This document shows, in pieces, positions 27,481 to 43,959 of a stretch of 64,000 nucleotides of DNA. This stretch comes from Adineta vaga (taxonomy: Eukaryota; Animalia; Rotifera), in NCBI GenBank assembly GCA_021613535.1, contig CP075496.1:14136001-14200000 (forward strand). The letters are read 5' to 3'. Below the pieces are notes generated by a model. That model had not been told where the DNA came from. It ran no database searches and saw nothing but the letters and a program-made list of their open reading frames with translations. Numbering within the stretch: the first letter of the stretch is position 1; each line of letters starts with the position of its first letter. The position numbers and the translations under genes were made by a program.

Positions 27481-28282
27481 CTATTGTTGTTTATCTGGAT
27501 CACTCATATGTCTTGCAAGATCTTTTAACATGCCAAATGCTCGTACACGTTTTCGACCTATGAAAAATCAACAAAATTTCTTCCATTTTTCTTCAAACAA
27601 CAAATTGAACATACCAAAGATTTTTGACAAGGTTTCATCACAATTGATATATTGTTTATTAATTGGATCCTAAAGTGGAAAAAAATCAGTTTTTCAAACA
27701 AAATCAACCCATAATTTACCATTAATTTATGTGCTTTTATATAAACCCACATACGTTTAACAACTTCCGATCGTGGCATCTAAAAAAACAAAACGAGATT
27801 CTTCAATAAAAGACTCAATTACTGAAAACAATTTACTCGATGTCCATCAACAATCAAAGCTAATTGATCACTTATATCTAATTCTTTATTATAACATGTT
27901 CGTCGTCGTTCGATTTTTAATGACGATGACGTTGTTGTTGTTATTGAGATTTTCGGTGTGACAGATGTTGCTGAAGTTGTTCGAATATTTGGACGATTTT
28001 CTTGTTGATGAACTTCCATTGGAATTTGTTGATCTGTTTTTGAATTATCAGATTGTATTTGAGATTGAGTATTATTGATTTGACATGGAATTGGTATAAT
28101 ATCACGTGCGTTATTTCTGACATAAGAATATCATCAATTTCTTTTTTTCGATCAGTTAAATCACATTGAAAGATTTCTTCAAGCATTTGACGAACTTTTT
28201 TCGATGATAAATTGTTTAAATCTCCATCTTTGAGAATAATTTGAATTTCATGACGTATTTTATCCGCACTAATTGAAGCCAT
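27481..28282 (-). CDS. DEK_C + SWIB/MDM2 domain protein (UAF30/spp27-like)
   Basis: DEK_C (ILKDGDLNNLSSKKVRQMLEEIFQCDLTDRKKEIDDIL) and SWIB (ISDQLALIVDGHR|MPRSEVVKRMWVYIKAHKLM|DPINKQYINCDETLSKIF). Apparent 1-nt frameshift at ~28111. Confidence 0.88.
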
Positions 28283-31200
28283 TTTTGAAAATAGCTAATC
28301 AATGAGGATATGAAAACGTTTTCTTTTCTTAATAACTAATAACTATTATGTCGGTAATTCAAGGCTATTTTTTTCGTATAAATCAACAGTAAATACAAGC
28401 AAAGGAAAAAGAACAATCAATGTGTATGACCTGTTCACACGACACGAAATATCTGATGTCCTTCACTCATTTGATATAAAATGAATACCAATTAGATTTC
28501 GAGACATGACCATTGATTATTCATTTTTGAAAATTTATTAATAAATTTCATGAGAAATTATTTGAAAATATCACAAGAACATTTCAAATAGCTGGTTTTA
28601 AGCTTATCTCAATAGATGTCGTTAGTATCTAGAAAATTGATCTACACATATGGTTTTATAACTTTTAATCAAGTCATTTTGTGGATTCTTATTTTTGAAA
28701 ATCTTCTTAAAGAAAAATTAAACTCTGCCAAGTATTCATTTCAACGTGATAATCTTGTGAAAACATCAGATTTGTTATTTATTTCTACTAAATAATACGA
28801 TGAATGATTAACATGTTGTTAGTCTATTGACTAGAACATGTGATTCTAAATATACACGATACTAAACATATTTTTTAGTAATTTCCTTTTCTTTTCATCA
28901 CGCCCACTTATTCTTTCAGTTCCTACTGTTCTAAGTGAATATCCGGAATGAGTTAAATCTTATTCAAAAGATCTTTTCTTCTTGAAAATTTTCATCATGA
29001 TCATTTTCTTCAATAACTATCAATTACATTTGAATGTTTTGGTAAATAAATATGCTTTTGTAATTTGAATATTAATTCCATCGCATTTCTTTTGTTTTTC
29101 TCTTTTCATAAAGTTATTTGATTGAAGAAATAAATATTTATCATCTCTTCTCAAATGACTTTCAAACAACAACATTCGATCGATTTCTCAAATGTATTGA
29201 TGTGAAAAGCAAAAAAAAAGAAAGGAAGAAATGATCTTTATTGTAAATGACAAATCATCTTGCCATTTTCTTTTTCATCTTTCATTACACATCATCTCAT
29301 TTAGTTCGCCTCTGGTGCATAGAACCATCGAATATATTGCTTAGTCGTCATTCTCTCTCTCTCTCAATCCCACTTCTAATGATCTGTATCCTGTTCATTG
29401 TTATTGAAGAATAGTTTTGTAACAGGATATAAACAGCAGTTGTTGCTCGATTATGTATATTGATGAGAAGGAAATTTTGTTTTCTTTATACCTCTGAAGA
29501 GATTAATGGAAAAGAAGGACGTAGTTCGATTAGGAAGTTTTTCTCTCTTTTTTTTCTGCTTTAACCTATTTTTAGACTTTGAGTTATTTAATTGATTTGA
29601 TCGTCTTTGCTTCATTTCGAGCTTTTTTCCTTTGGGCATATATGACAAGAGATATTATCGCTATAGGAGATTTCCGAGTACTTTAAGCGATTAACATACA
29701 TACAGATATATCCAGATTCAATCGGGGTTTTTTTTCTTCTTCTTCTTCTCGTTGTTACCTCAATAAAGAATAAACAAAGTTAATAGAACAGTAAGTCAAA
29801 CTAATGATGAGTCTTTCTTGTCAATAACTCGTCTTTAGTTGTTCTTAATCAATAATCAACTCGATAAAGAGCACAAAATGAAAAGGAAATCAGAAAATGT
29901 CGTAATATACAAAAGCGAGAATCTGCAAAATCGATGATCATTGCTCGACATAGATAATCACTGATTACGCGAGATAGAAAGAACTGTCAACGTCTTATCT
30001 GTCGATGTCTATGTCTTGAGTTAAAACATATGACAATAAAGAAAAGGACACAAAAAAAAGAACAATTAAGTTCGTTTGATCGTGTCGAGGTCATATCTAC
30101 GAATGTCTTGTCACATATACCAACAAAAAGAGAGAGAAGCAGAAAACAAGATTCTAGAGCTTCAAATGATGATGATGATGATGAAGAAGACAAACCATAA
30201 CAGAGAATGAATTCATGCTTTAATTTCGACACAAAACAGAAGAAGAAGAAGGGGCAATGCTGAATTCATTCGACAGAACATAAAAAATATCCAAGAAAGA
30301 TGCATTATGTAGAGAAATGGAGAAAAAAATCATATAATAAAACAAGCCTTAATAAAAATATGCATATACTTAACAAACATTTAATAAAATTGATATGTAT
30401 ACATATGAAATTTGTTATAGGTAAAAGAAAATATATTAAATTTCGTATTCATTGACGCAATTGAATTAAATATAATCTAGAAGGTGCAAACAACTTCATT
30501 ATCACGCTCTATATGAGAGAACACATTCTTCTCATCGGCAGCATTCCACTTATAAGCGGCCCAAGGCGGCCTGGTTATGTCAGTCCTATAATAATAATCA
30601 TAATCATCATCATCATTCAACAACGAAGTCGATAAGAGGAGAAGAAGAAAAAAAAGGACATATCAACAAGAATGACTCTTTAAGTAACAGATCTTATCAC
30701 CTGTTGCTGATCAGACCAATAAAAGACACATATCGAAATCAATGGTGCACTCTCTCTATGCTTTGAAATAAAAAGCAATATTGAATCATTCATATCTATC
30801 CTCTAGTACTCTCAGAAATATATATCTCTGAAGAAGAAAAAAAAAAAAACGCCTTAGTATACGAGAAAAGAAATCGATTTCGTTTTTCTTGTCTTTCTCT
30901 CTTTCTTCTACTTCTTCTTCTCTCCTCCCTCGCCTCCTTCATCGTTCTTCTTTCTCTTCTTTTTACCCATAATTGCTACAATTGGCAACTGTGAAAACAC
31001 ACATACACATACGCACATATATACAGAACACCACACTCATCTCTATACAGACATTGTCGTTACGACGATTACTCGTGCGCATATTGTTAAACGACGTCAA
31101 TAATAATAATAATAATAATAATGATAATCTTTTGTTATCTTTAACGTTCAATAATCATTTGATTTCTTCTTACATTGTTTCTTAATTAAAACATTTATCA

Positions 31201-31338
31201 ACGTCAAGATTTTCTTTATTCAATCGTATTAATTCATTTGTTTTGTGATTCTTCGTCTTCTTCTTCTTCTTTTAATTTTTACCTTTCTTTCACATTCTCA
31301 TTTCTTATTTTACAATCATCAATGTGGGATTAAACTTA

Positions 31339-33853
<2,515 letters not shown>

Positions 33854-34148
33854 ATGAATCTTCTTCTTTCTTTTTTTTAATCTTTCCGTCCATTTGTTTT
33901 GTTATCTTCTCTACCTTATCTTCTTCTTCTTCTCTTTCTTTTTTTTCCCTTTAGATTTTCTTATCTTGTACGAGTTATATTCGAGAATAATATTCATATT
34001 CATTTCCTCGTTTTCTATGTTGTATATAGACAAACAAATCTCTCTCTCTCTCTCTTCTAATTCGATATTGTCATTATGTTGTAGTTGTCTGTTTATATGT
34101 GTCTGTCTATGGGATGTTTATTTTGATATGATAGTGATTGACTTTGAT

Positions 34149-34490
34149 TTAATAATAAAAAAGTCCAAATACAGTGACAGCACAAAAGATCTTTTCATTA
34201 GAATAAACATATGAAACATAATTATCTTGTTGAATATCCCATAAACAACGACATGTCATCATAAGATTCTCATGTTCACATTGACCAAGTACAACTTGAA
34301 TAACATATTTATATCGATCATAATTCAATGTTTTTATTGCATCTTTAATTATTTGAGAAAGATCTTTGGATAATTGTGTACATTTCAATGAATCATAAGT
34401 TTTTTGTCGATTAACTATTGGACAAATAATTTGTTCAAGAATCTGTTTAACTTCATTGGAATTAAATGGATGTGATGATCGACTATTCAT
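34149..34490 (-). CDS. Tctex1-domain dynein light chain
   Basis: PFNSNEVKQILEQI...IKDAIKTLNYDRYKYVIQVVLGQ...CRCLWDIQQDNYVSYVYSNEKIFCAVTVFGLFYY; true start uncertain. Confidence 0.9.
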   Translation of the reverse strand: MNSRSSHPFNSNEVKQILEQIICPIVNRQKTYDSLKCTQLSKDLSQIIKDAIKTLNYDRYKYVIQVVLGQCEHENLMMTCRCLWDIQQDNYVSYVYSNEKIFCAVTVFGLFYY

Positions 34491-35323
34491 AGATAAACAA
34501 AATAAATTAATTGAAGAGAAAAAAAACATATACTCATAACAATGGCGCATTATTTTGATAGATGAATAATTGATAACAATAAGAGTTGACAGATCAATTA
34601 ATTGAAGACATATATTAAATTTTGTTTTTCTTATTAATTAAAGAAATGGAATCGATATAATTGTTTGAAAGTTTGAAGATGTTTATTTGTTCTATTTATA
34701 GAAACTTCTAATAGAGTGGAAAGTACAAGTCAATATCCCAGATATCGTCTAGTTAAGTATTATCAAAGGTTATCTGTTTCTATACACATCATAAAGCGTA
34801 ACAAACATAATCTTCAAACGAAAATAGTTTTCCAAGTGTTAACAAGAAAATCTTTCACGATGTATTTGTAAGCAAACCAGAACGATATGGTAAAGTGATA
34901 AAAACAGTGACGATATACTTCATTGATAATGAATATTAGATTCTTTTTTCTTCTTCTGGTCTAACTCACTTAGAATGTCTGTCAAAAGATAAGAAAAGAT
35001 CTGACGATCGATTTCTTTCATTCTGTCATATATAGAATTAGTAATACTATTAAATCCATTGAAAAAATTCAACGTTTTTTGTTTTACCCTACTGATCATT
35101 CATTATCTAAAAGAATTTTATTGAAGATTTGAAACAAGAATATCGATTAACAAAATTTTCTCATTAGAATATATGTGTTGATATAATACAAAGAAGAACA
35201 AAATGCAAACAACTAAAAAGTTCAGAGTTTTTTTTTGTCTGTTTGACTAGTTGGATGGACGGACATTTCTGCTTTTGTTTTTTTTAAGAAAACGAACAGA
35301 TCTTTTGTATTTTTCAACTAAAA

Positions 35324-38300
35324 TTATCTTAATGTTGGAAGAAGTGAACTTTTACCATTACAATCCGTAATAAATGAATGTGGTGATTGTTGTTTACTAT
35401 CATCTAATAATGATGGATTGATTAATGATGATGATTTTGTTGTTATTGATCGTTGTCGAGTTTTTTTGTTTTGTTTTCGACAACAAAGAAGAAATAAAAG
35501 ACTAAAAATTCCAATAAAAATCACAATTGTTGATAAACTAAATGTAAGAAAAACAATAATTGTTTCCTGTCGTTTTCGTTTATTATTCGCTAATTTTTGT
35601 GTCATTAATCGATGATGTTGAGATGTTTCCACTTGTTTTTCATAATCATTAACAAGACGATCACGATCAAGTGTTGTATCACCAATTAAAATAATTAATT
35701 TATCTTGTTTTATACATGGTTCAGGAACAAATGAATCAGTTAATGTATAATCAAGTTCAATAATTGAAGGATTTTCATGAAGATTTTCTTCAAGAGTTAA
35801 TAAACCATTGGAATTTAAATGGAATTTTGATGAATATTTCGATGAAAGTAATGTAAATGTAATATTATTTTGATCGGATATATCTTTATCAAATGCATAT
35901 AAACGATAAGAAAATTTTTCGATTGAAGATTTTTTTAAATAACGTTGACGAGAAATAAATATATAAGGTTCAGAAGAAAAATTAACTAAATGTGGACAAT
36001 ATTCATTTAAATCATTGACTTTTATTGTTAATTTTGCATCTGTTGATAATGGTGGTGTACCTAAATAAGAATTCTTTTAAAACATATCGATTATTTCGTT
36101 TCAATAAACTTACCATGATCTCGAACAGTAATTATAAATTGATGTAAATGTTGTTGTTCAGCATCAGGAATTCTTGTAACTAAAACTTGTCCAGTATGAC
36201 TTGTATGAAAGAAGAATTCGGAATAGGGTGTTATTGAACGAAGAGAATAGGTTAATTCTCCACGTCGTGTTCCGGGTAAATCTTTATCTTTACCAAGAAT
36301 TTGTCCAATAATTGTTCGTACAGGAACATTTTCATCAATTTGAAAATAATATTCATTTCGTTCAAATTCCGGTCGATGATTAAGACCTTCGATGGATATT
36401 GTTACATGAGTTTGACCGATATATTGACCATCGGAAACTGTAACATTAAAGTTTAATGTTTGATCAGTCATATTTGCGGAAAGAGGAGAAGTTAAACTAA
36501 TTTGACCTGTTTGAGGATCGATATGAAATAAATTGGAATTTAATGAATAAATTAGAGAATTTGTTGAAGAATCTGGATCTGTTGCATGAACTTGTCCAAC
36601 AATAGTTGAATCAAATGTTGTTGTTGATGATTGAATATTAGTTATAAAATGATAATATTCATGTTCAAAATGTGGTTTCATATCATTTATATCATCTATA
36701 ACTATATTGATAATAAAACGTGAATGTTCACCACCACCATCGATTGCATCGAGAAATAAAGCTAAAGATGGTTCGATTTCATGATCTAATGGACTAATTA
36801 ATTCAATCTAAAAAGAAAAACAAAAAAAGGGTTTATTTATTTTGATCGCAAAGAAAAAATGAAATCGATCTTCTTACTTTATAATGTTTCATTGATGTTG
36901 GTTTCAATTGAAAAGCTTTTTGATGTTTTTTATTTGATGTTTGAATCATTAAAGTTAATTGTATTTGTCCATAAATTCCTTGATCAATATCTTCAACAGT
37001 AACCATTGCTAAAAGTCCAATAGAATTTTCTGTAATATGAATTTGTGAATTATTTCTAATCATATCAATTGAAGAAATAATTTGTCGAACTTGTATATTT
37101 GGTTTATGATCATTAATATCTTCAATAATTAATTCTAATGGATGATAAACAGGTAATGTTGAACTCATTCGTGAACCACAATCTTGTGCACGAATTGTTA
37201 ATAATAAATGATTATTTAATTGTAAAAATGGTATTAAATCAATTGAAGTTAATAATAATGGTTGAAGAATTGTTATACAACCAGTTTCGTTATTTAAATT
37301 TAAAAATTCATTTAATTTTTCATCAAAATGATCAAATGAATAAATAACACGACCATTATTACCTTCATCAGGATCATAAGCTCGAACACAAATTAATTCA
37401 CCTAGAAAAGATAAATAAAAAATAATTATAAATATCCTGAAATGATATTTAACCATGAGAATCAATTTAGAAAAGTAACTGAATGAATTATATAAGAGTA
37501 TCTATGAAATAAAAGAATCTTTTCTTCAAGGGTTTAATCTTGAAAATTGTCAATTGTTTTTAAAACCTTGAAATTACTAAATATACCTGTGAATGTTTCA
37601 TTGAGATGAATTTTTGTTAAATTTGTTGCAAATGTTGGTGAATTATCATTAATATCTAAAACTTGAATAATCAATTTCATTTTTGCTTGTTGTTGATCTT
37701 TATCTGTTGCAATAATCCATAATTGATCATAACGATCACGTTCTTCTCGATCTAAAGATTGACCACGAATTCTTAAACATAAATCATTTCCATTGATTTG
37801 TTCAATTTCAAATTGTTCACTTCCATCACCCGTTAATTCATAAATCATTTGATTGGTTTCCGGTAAATCTTTATCTTCTACAATTGGAATTCGATAACAT
37901 TGTCGATGATGAATATTAGTATTTTCTGGAATACGTAATTGTATTTCATTTAAACGAAATGAATGTAAATTATCATTTAAATCATTGATTGTTAAATTAA
38001 CAAAGATAATTTGATGTTGAGGTTGAGAAAGAATCTTCAATTGAATTGAACAAGATGTTAAACACGAACAAAGTTGTTCTGTGCAGAAATATTCACGATC
38101 AAGTTTTTCAAGTGCATAGAGATGTGTTTGATTTTCAATAGAAAAATATTGATGTATTTGTGAATTACTTGAAACTAATTGATAAGATTTAATTGAATTG
38201 GGTAAATTAAATGATAATAATAAATGTGGAGAGAATTCGTTTTCATTAATAGATAAATGATGAAAACGAGAATTTAATCGACAAAAACAAAACGAATTGA

Positions 38301-38340
38301 AGAAAAGAAGACAAGAAGTCAGAAGAAAGGAAAACATCAT
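35324..38340 (-). CDS. Protocadherin-like protein (~7 cadherin repeats, TM, short tail), 4 exons
   Basis: Signal peptide; LDRE with protocadherin-type EC1 cysteines (LDREYFC...C); repeated DxND.P and AxDxD motifs; TM TIIVFLTFSLSTIVIFIGIFSLLFLLCC. Confidence 0.92.
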
Positions 38341-41300
38341 CTGAAATGAATATGAAATCGTACGATGGAAAGATTTTTATGCACGAGATAGTTTCTCTTG
38401 CTTTCTTTTGAACCTTGAAGAGAGTATTAGAAAAAGTGAGAGAAAAGATAATGAAGAGATCGTTTTCTTTAAGTCTTACGCACGACAAAACGAAAAAAGA
38501 GAATTGAGCATGTCGATGGATTTCTACAATCGATATGTTGATCGATCGCTTGGAAAAGAAGGATTATTCTAAATTATACTCACAATTTTGTCGCTCGTTC
38601 CAAAGAGGAAAACAATCTGTCATCATCATCATTTCTCATTTCATACAACAGTAATAGTTTTCCCTCTGTCTGTCTCTCTCTCTCTCTGTCGGCACTGTAA
38701 AAAAGAGAAATACCCTCCATCTTCGATTGATTTCATATCAATTCAAACTGCTCATATACTCGAGGTCGTTTATATAAAAACTTCCGTCTACTTGACACTC
38801 ATATACATACATACAGGACGGAAGTACAGACAAAGAAAGAAAAAGAAGATGAATTGTCATAAATCCTAGAAGGCAAAAAGGCGATTATTACTCCATGAAT
38901 TTTGATTACTAACTTAAAATAATGACGCGACACTACTTAACAAATCAATTTCATCCATCTGTGAATTTTTCACGAGAAATTCTTTGAATTAAATCGAAAA
39001 TCTGTTTCTTTTCTTCTCGTTCAATGCAAATACTATCATCCGAAAAAAGAAAAAGAAAATCATTGTGTTTAGTGACTTGGAAAAAAATGCTATTTCTTCT
39101 CGCATCAATTTAAAATAGTAAAAAAAAGAAGAAGAAGAAGAGAAACGGCGTGTCGAAACAAAATGTTGACATATATTGATGAAAGAATCAAGAGTTTTGT
39201 CTTCTCTAGTTAATTACTTGCCCTTTATCAAATGAATGTAGACATCCTCTTTTTTTGTCTTTTTTTCATGGCTTCATGTCGTGAATAAATGAAGACAAGG
39301 ATTCTTATTATATAAAGACTTGCATATTTTCCTAAGGCAAACTTCAGATTATTCATGAAAGAGAGAGAGAGAGAGAGGAAAAAACGTTTTTCTTCTCCAC
39401 CCATCTTTCTATGTTCAATATACAATCCCTACCGTGTGCGGAAAAGGACAAGACAACAAGAAGATAAATCGCCGTTGGAGATAAACATACTGGTGATATC
39501 TGTTCAATCAAATTGACTGACAAACTAACCTCAATAGATTGATCGATGAATGTTTGTAGAATTTCTCTTCAAAACGTTTCCCCGGGTAGAAGCTCAATGA
39601 CCTTTTCTCATTTTTTTCTTTATAAACTATTGTGTATCTTTCTCCTCTTCTTCTTCTTCTCTCGTTATTATGTAAACGAGCTTTTTTTTTAGATAAACAA
39701 ACAACATATAACTCAATAGTCCCCGTGTTGCAACACTTGTGCTGTCAAATGGACAGATGCTAAGTGGCTGACTCAACTTATTCGACTAATTTTATAAACA
39801 GTAGTTCCTTCTTCTTGCCATCGTGTCATCCTTATTATCATATAGAAAGAAAAATTATTATTATCTAATCTTCTTCATATCATACTTCTACTAAGGCTAA
39901 GCTTAATAATTGATTTTCAAACTTTGAGAGGGAAGAAAAAAGGACACATTCATCCTCAAGCAAGAGAGAGAGAAATGTGTCTTCCTACGTATGATGCAAC
40001 TCGATTGCAATTCCAATACGAATGAAACGAGAAAATGGAGATGGATCAGAATAGAGAGGAAAAAGAGACCTTCAGGCCACGGCTACTACTAACACCAAAA
40101 TCACATGAGACAAAAAGGAAAAAACCGTTCAATGATTAGTTAAATTATCGTGAACAAGAATGCTGACATGTAAGAGCATTTAATGAGTTCTTCTATTTTT
40201 CTTCATATAAACGATAGAGAGATTATTGATTGTGTACAGAAATACTTACAAAGAAATTTTCATTGAAATCATCAGAACAATTAACTTAAAGGTTATTCTA
40301 ATTATTCAGAAAAAAAGAGAGGAAAAGGAAAACTGTTTGTTCGATATTATTTACAATTATGAAATCATCAGTGGATCATATTGATTCTCATCTTTCTCTT
40401 ATCAATGAACATGTCCGTATGATTATTTAATAGTGTCTTGTTCTGCTACCGTTTATTCCTAATAATAACATTGATATTTGTATTTCCGTCTATTATCTCT
40501 CTAAGCACGTTCTCTTCCTATATATATATACACGAATGGATAATGGTCAACATCATCTTCTTCTCAATGACAATTCAAGGATATTTTGTTTATATGATTG
40601 TTCATTTTCTTCTATTCTTTCTGCTGAAGTTAGCCTTTTTTTAATGTTCAGAATAGAATGACATGAACATCAATAGACAGGCATATGATCAAACGTCGGA
40701 TTGCATTCACCAGACTCGATCAAACGATTCTTGATGTGAATAACAACGATGGACGCACGCGTGCGGACATCGAATGATCGATGAGATTTGTTTTTAGGGA
40801 AATAAAAAGTAGACCTGACTGTTTCTCTCTCTCTCTCTAGACATTAATGAAAACTTCCGATGTTGGTCACTTACTCGAAAGCGTTCATGCACGAGAGACA
40901 ATGTACAACTTGTTAGATTAGACTTTCGCCGTTTTCCTTTTTTTCTTCGACATGTATTGTTTGTCCACTTAATCAAATGTGTGCAACTCACACAAATAAC
41001 ATAGATTTCTATTCTTTTTCCTATATGTGTTCACTAACATTGAATAATTGATCGATAAAAGCTGAAGAAGAAGAAAAAAAAAGAATTTACTATAATGATT
41101 ACATCATCTTTTCATCACTTGTCTTCTATCAATCAAAACCGACACTGTATTAGTTGACGAATTTACCTTTCTCAAGAGATGTTTGTTGTTTCTGGTTCAT
41201 TGAATATGAGAGTTCTCGATTGCATCACATAAGAAAGAAAAAGTGATAATGGTAACGAAATCAAGACATGAACCGGAAGGAAAATGGTGATGACAACTAC

Positions 41301-43179
41301 TAAAATCAGTTTGTATGAAAGATTAGTGAAAGAAAGAAAGAGCAAAAAAAGGAGAGTTGAATTTAATGATTATAGCGTGCAGATATGGTGAACACGCCTT
41401 GTTGCATTCAAGTGGAATGAAGAATAAAGAGAGGATTTTCATCTGAACAAGATGGTTGAACACGCTCAACTAAGAACAACAGAATATGCACATTTGTCGA
41501 TAATTATTGTATTTTAATAATCAAATGTAATACTTGTAAAACACTTTATCATCGATTGGTATTGATCAAATAGAAACTATTCGTCTTCAAACTACTTACA
41601 TGCTAAAGTAATAAACAATTATGACTGTACTTACTTGCTCACACATCGTCTTAACTAGTCTTACTCGATTATACGCATCAATTCAAATCGGTCTCTTTCA
41701 CTGTTGTTACTCTGCATTGATGCAAATACAATCAATATCTTTTTCTCTTTCTCATTTGGCAACTGTGCAATAAACAGCACGACAGAGAGAGAGAGAGAAA
41801 AGAAGAAATGTTCTTTAATGTTCATTTATAGTTCTTTTCTCATTCTTTTGCGTGTGTGTGTTCATCACAATCGTTCGATTGCATGCATGCAACCGACAAT
41901 GACGATGTTGACTAGTAACCACATATAGATCAATCAGTCATGACTTTTTACACGTCATATGTGTCGATGTCAGCTAGCTGAGTCGAGACAAATTATACTT
42001 TAACACACATACATATATATATATTGTTTAAAAGTCTTCTCACAGTATGAACTAAAACGGATAAGAAGCTTTAGGAGATGAAACTGACATTTTCATCGAC
42101 AATATCAATATAAACATATTGCCACTGTGCACTCATGTGTTAATCATTTCAATCTTCGACCGCCTGTAAAGATTGAACAATTTTCTTTCCAATCAACTTG
42201 ATCTTTCGTATTTTATCTTCGAAAATCATTTCTAATGATATTCGAACAATTAATGTAAACAAATATTTAAACATTGAACAGATTAACTATATTTAAGACA
42301 CGAAATCGAATAGGTCTCTTTTCGTCTATATAAACATTTATTTACATTACATTAATCTTAGGCTTCTCGTCAATTAACAACAAGAACATTTTATTTTCAA
42401 TTCAAAACATGCTTTTCTTTTTATCTGATTGAGTTGTTGACAGGTGTGATACTCGGTTTTTTTCTTCTGTTCGTTCAAATTTGATAAATTGATATCGTCA
42501 GTTGTTCATTTGAAGACAAAAACTATATATATTAATAATGATGATGATGATGAGAAGAAGAAGAAGAAGAAGACGAAGAACAATTGAAGGACAATAACAT
42601 CAATTGGAAAGAATAGGCGACATACACCAGACACACATACATATACATGTATATCCTCTTCAATTGTCAATGACAAGTAGATGACTGGCAACAACTGCTT
42701 AATTCTATATGGATGTCAATATCATTCTTTCAATTGTTAATTAACAGAAACAGTGAAAGAATGTCAGGGCCTTCATAGTTCTACTTCGAATATATATATA
42801 TATATACATCGATGTATGTTTTATATCAATGATTAACTGTGATATATATGAACAACTGTTTATGAACATTGTCTTATTTCATAAATCTTGATCTTCAATA
42901 GACACGTAAAGAAAGATTAAAGTATAAGATTCAATTATTTGAAGCTTTAACATTCTCTCTCTCTCTCCTTCTCTTTTAAAGTTAATTCTTCTATTTAACA
43001 CAGTCGAATGTAACCTTTAGTCATATTTTCTTATTTGATCGTCACATTCTTTCGTATTGTCTTTTTAATCTTTGTTTTGTAATTACATAGATAAACCTTG
43101 AAATTTTTATTGAAAAAAATGTTGATGAGTATGAACGATGAACAGAGGATGATAAAAAAGTCAAAAGACTTGACACACA

Positions 43180-43959
43180 ATGTGTTGTGTGACACTACAA
43201 AAACGTTCATTGAACGATCTTTTTTATGTGCCACGTCCATCCTTTGTTATTCCAATATTTCGAGCACCAACAACAACACCGTCAATAGCAACAACAACAA
43301 CAACAACAATAACAATAACGGGAAAGAAAATTTTTTCAACAATTCTTAGACCAGAATATAAACAAAGTGATTTAACAAGTACATCAACATCATCGTCATC
43401 GATTATGATTAGTCAACGTATATTTGAAAATCTTGTTTTAACAAATACAATTGTTGCTGCATTTTGTATCGTTCTTATGGTTACAATTACTGGTTTTCTT
43501 ATTTTTCTATTGATACCATCAATTCGACGTCGATGGCTTAATGAAACTTCGCGAAACGAACGAAAATTTGATGATTTACCAGCATTAAGTCGACAACCAT
43601 CTTTACATCATTTTACATTAGGTCCATCTAGATTTAATCCAATATTTGAACCAACAGCAGGAACAACAACGACAACAACTCAATTTGGAACTTTATTTCA
43701 GCCACATACAACAACCGCAACACTTCTTCATCCGACTATTTGGACATCAATGGCACCGGCTTCTGTTGTTTCTACACCTGTACCTACTCAACAACCTCAA
43801 ATAGCATCAACACCACCAGCTTCTATAAGAACAAAATCATCACCAGCAGCGACAACATCAACAACAACAGCAATCGCATCAACGGCACCAGCTGCAGCAC
43901 GACCACCACTACCAGCACATCCACCAACAACAGTACAAAGACCAGTAAGAAAACGATAA
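43180..43959 (+). CDS. Orphan single-pass membrane protein, Thr/Pro/Ala-rich
   Basis: 259-aa intronless ORF; TM IVAAFCIVLMVTITGFLIFLLIPSI followed by RRRW. Confidence 0.7.
   Translation: MCCVTLQKRSLNDLFYVPRPSFVIPIFRAPTTTPSIATTTTTTITITGKKIFSTILRPEYKQSDLTSTSTSSSSIMISQRIFENLVLTNTIVAAFCIVLMVTITGFLIFLLIPSIRRRWLNETSRNERKFDDLPALSRQPSLHHFTLGPSRFNPIFEPTAGTTTTTTQFGTLFQPHTTTATLLHPTIWTSMAPASVVSTPVPTQQPQIASTPPASIRTKSSPAATTSTTTAIASTAPAAARPPLPAHPPTTVQRPVRKR

Noticed and set aside
38588-42694. Many 60-90 aa ORFs in the intergenic interval
   Set aside because: Low-complexity, microsatellite-derived frames, mostly with non-ATG starts and no domain or splice support.
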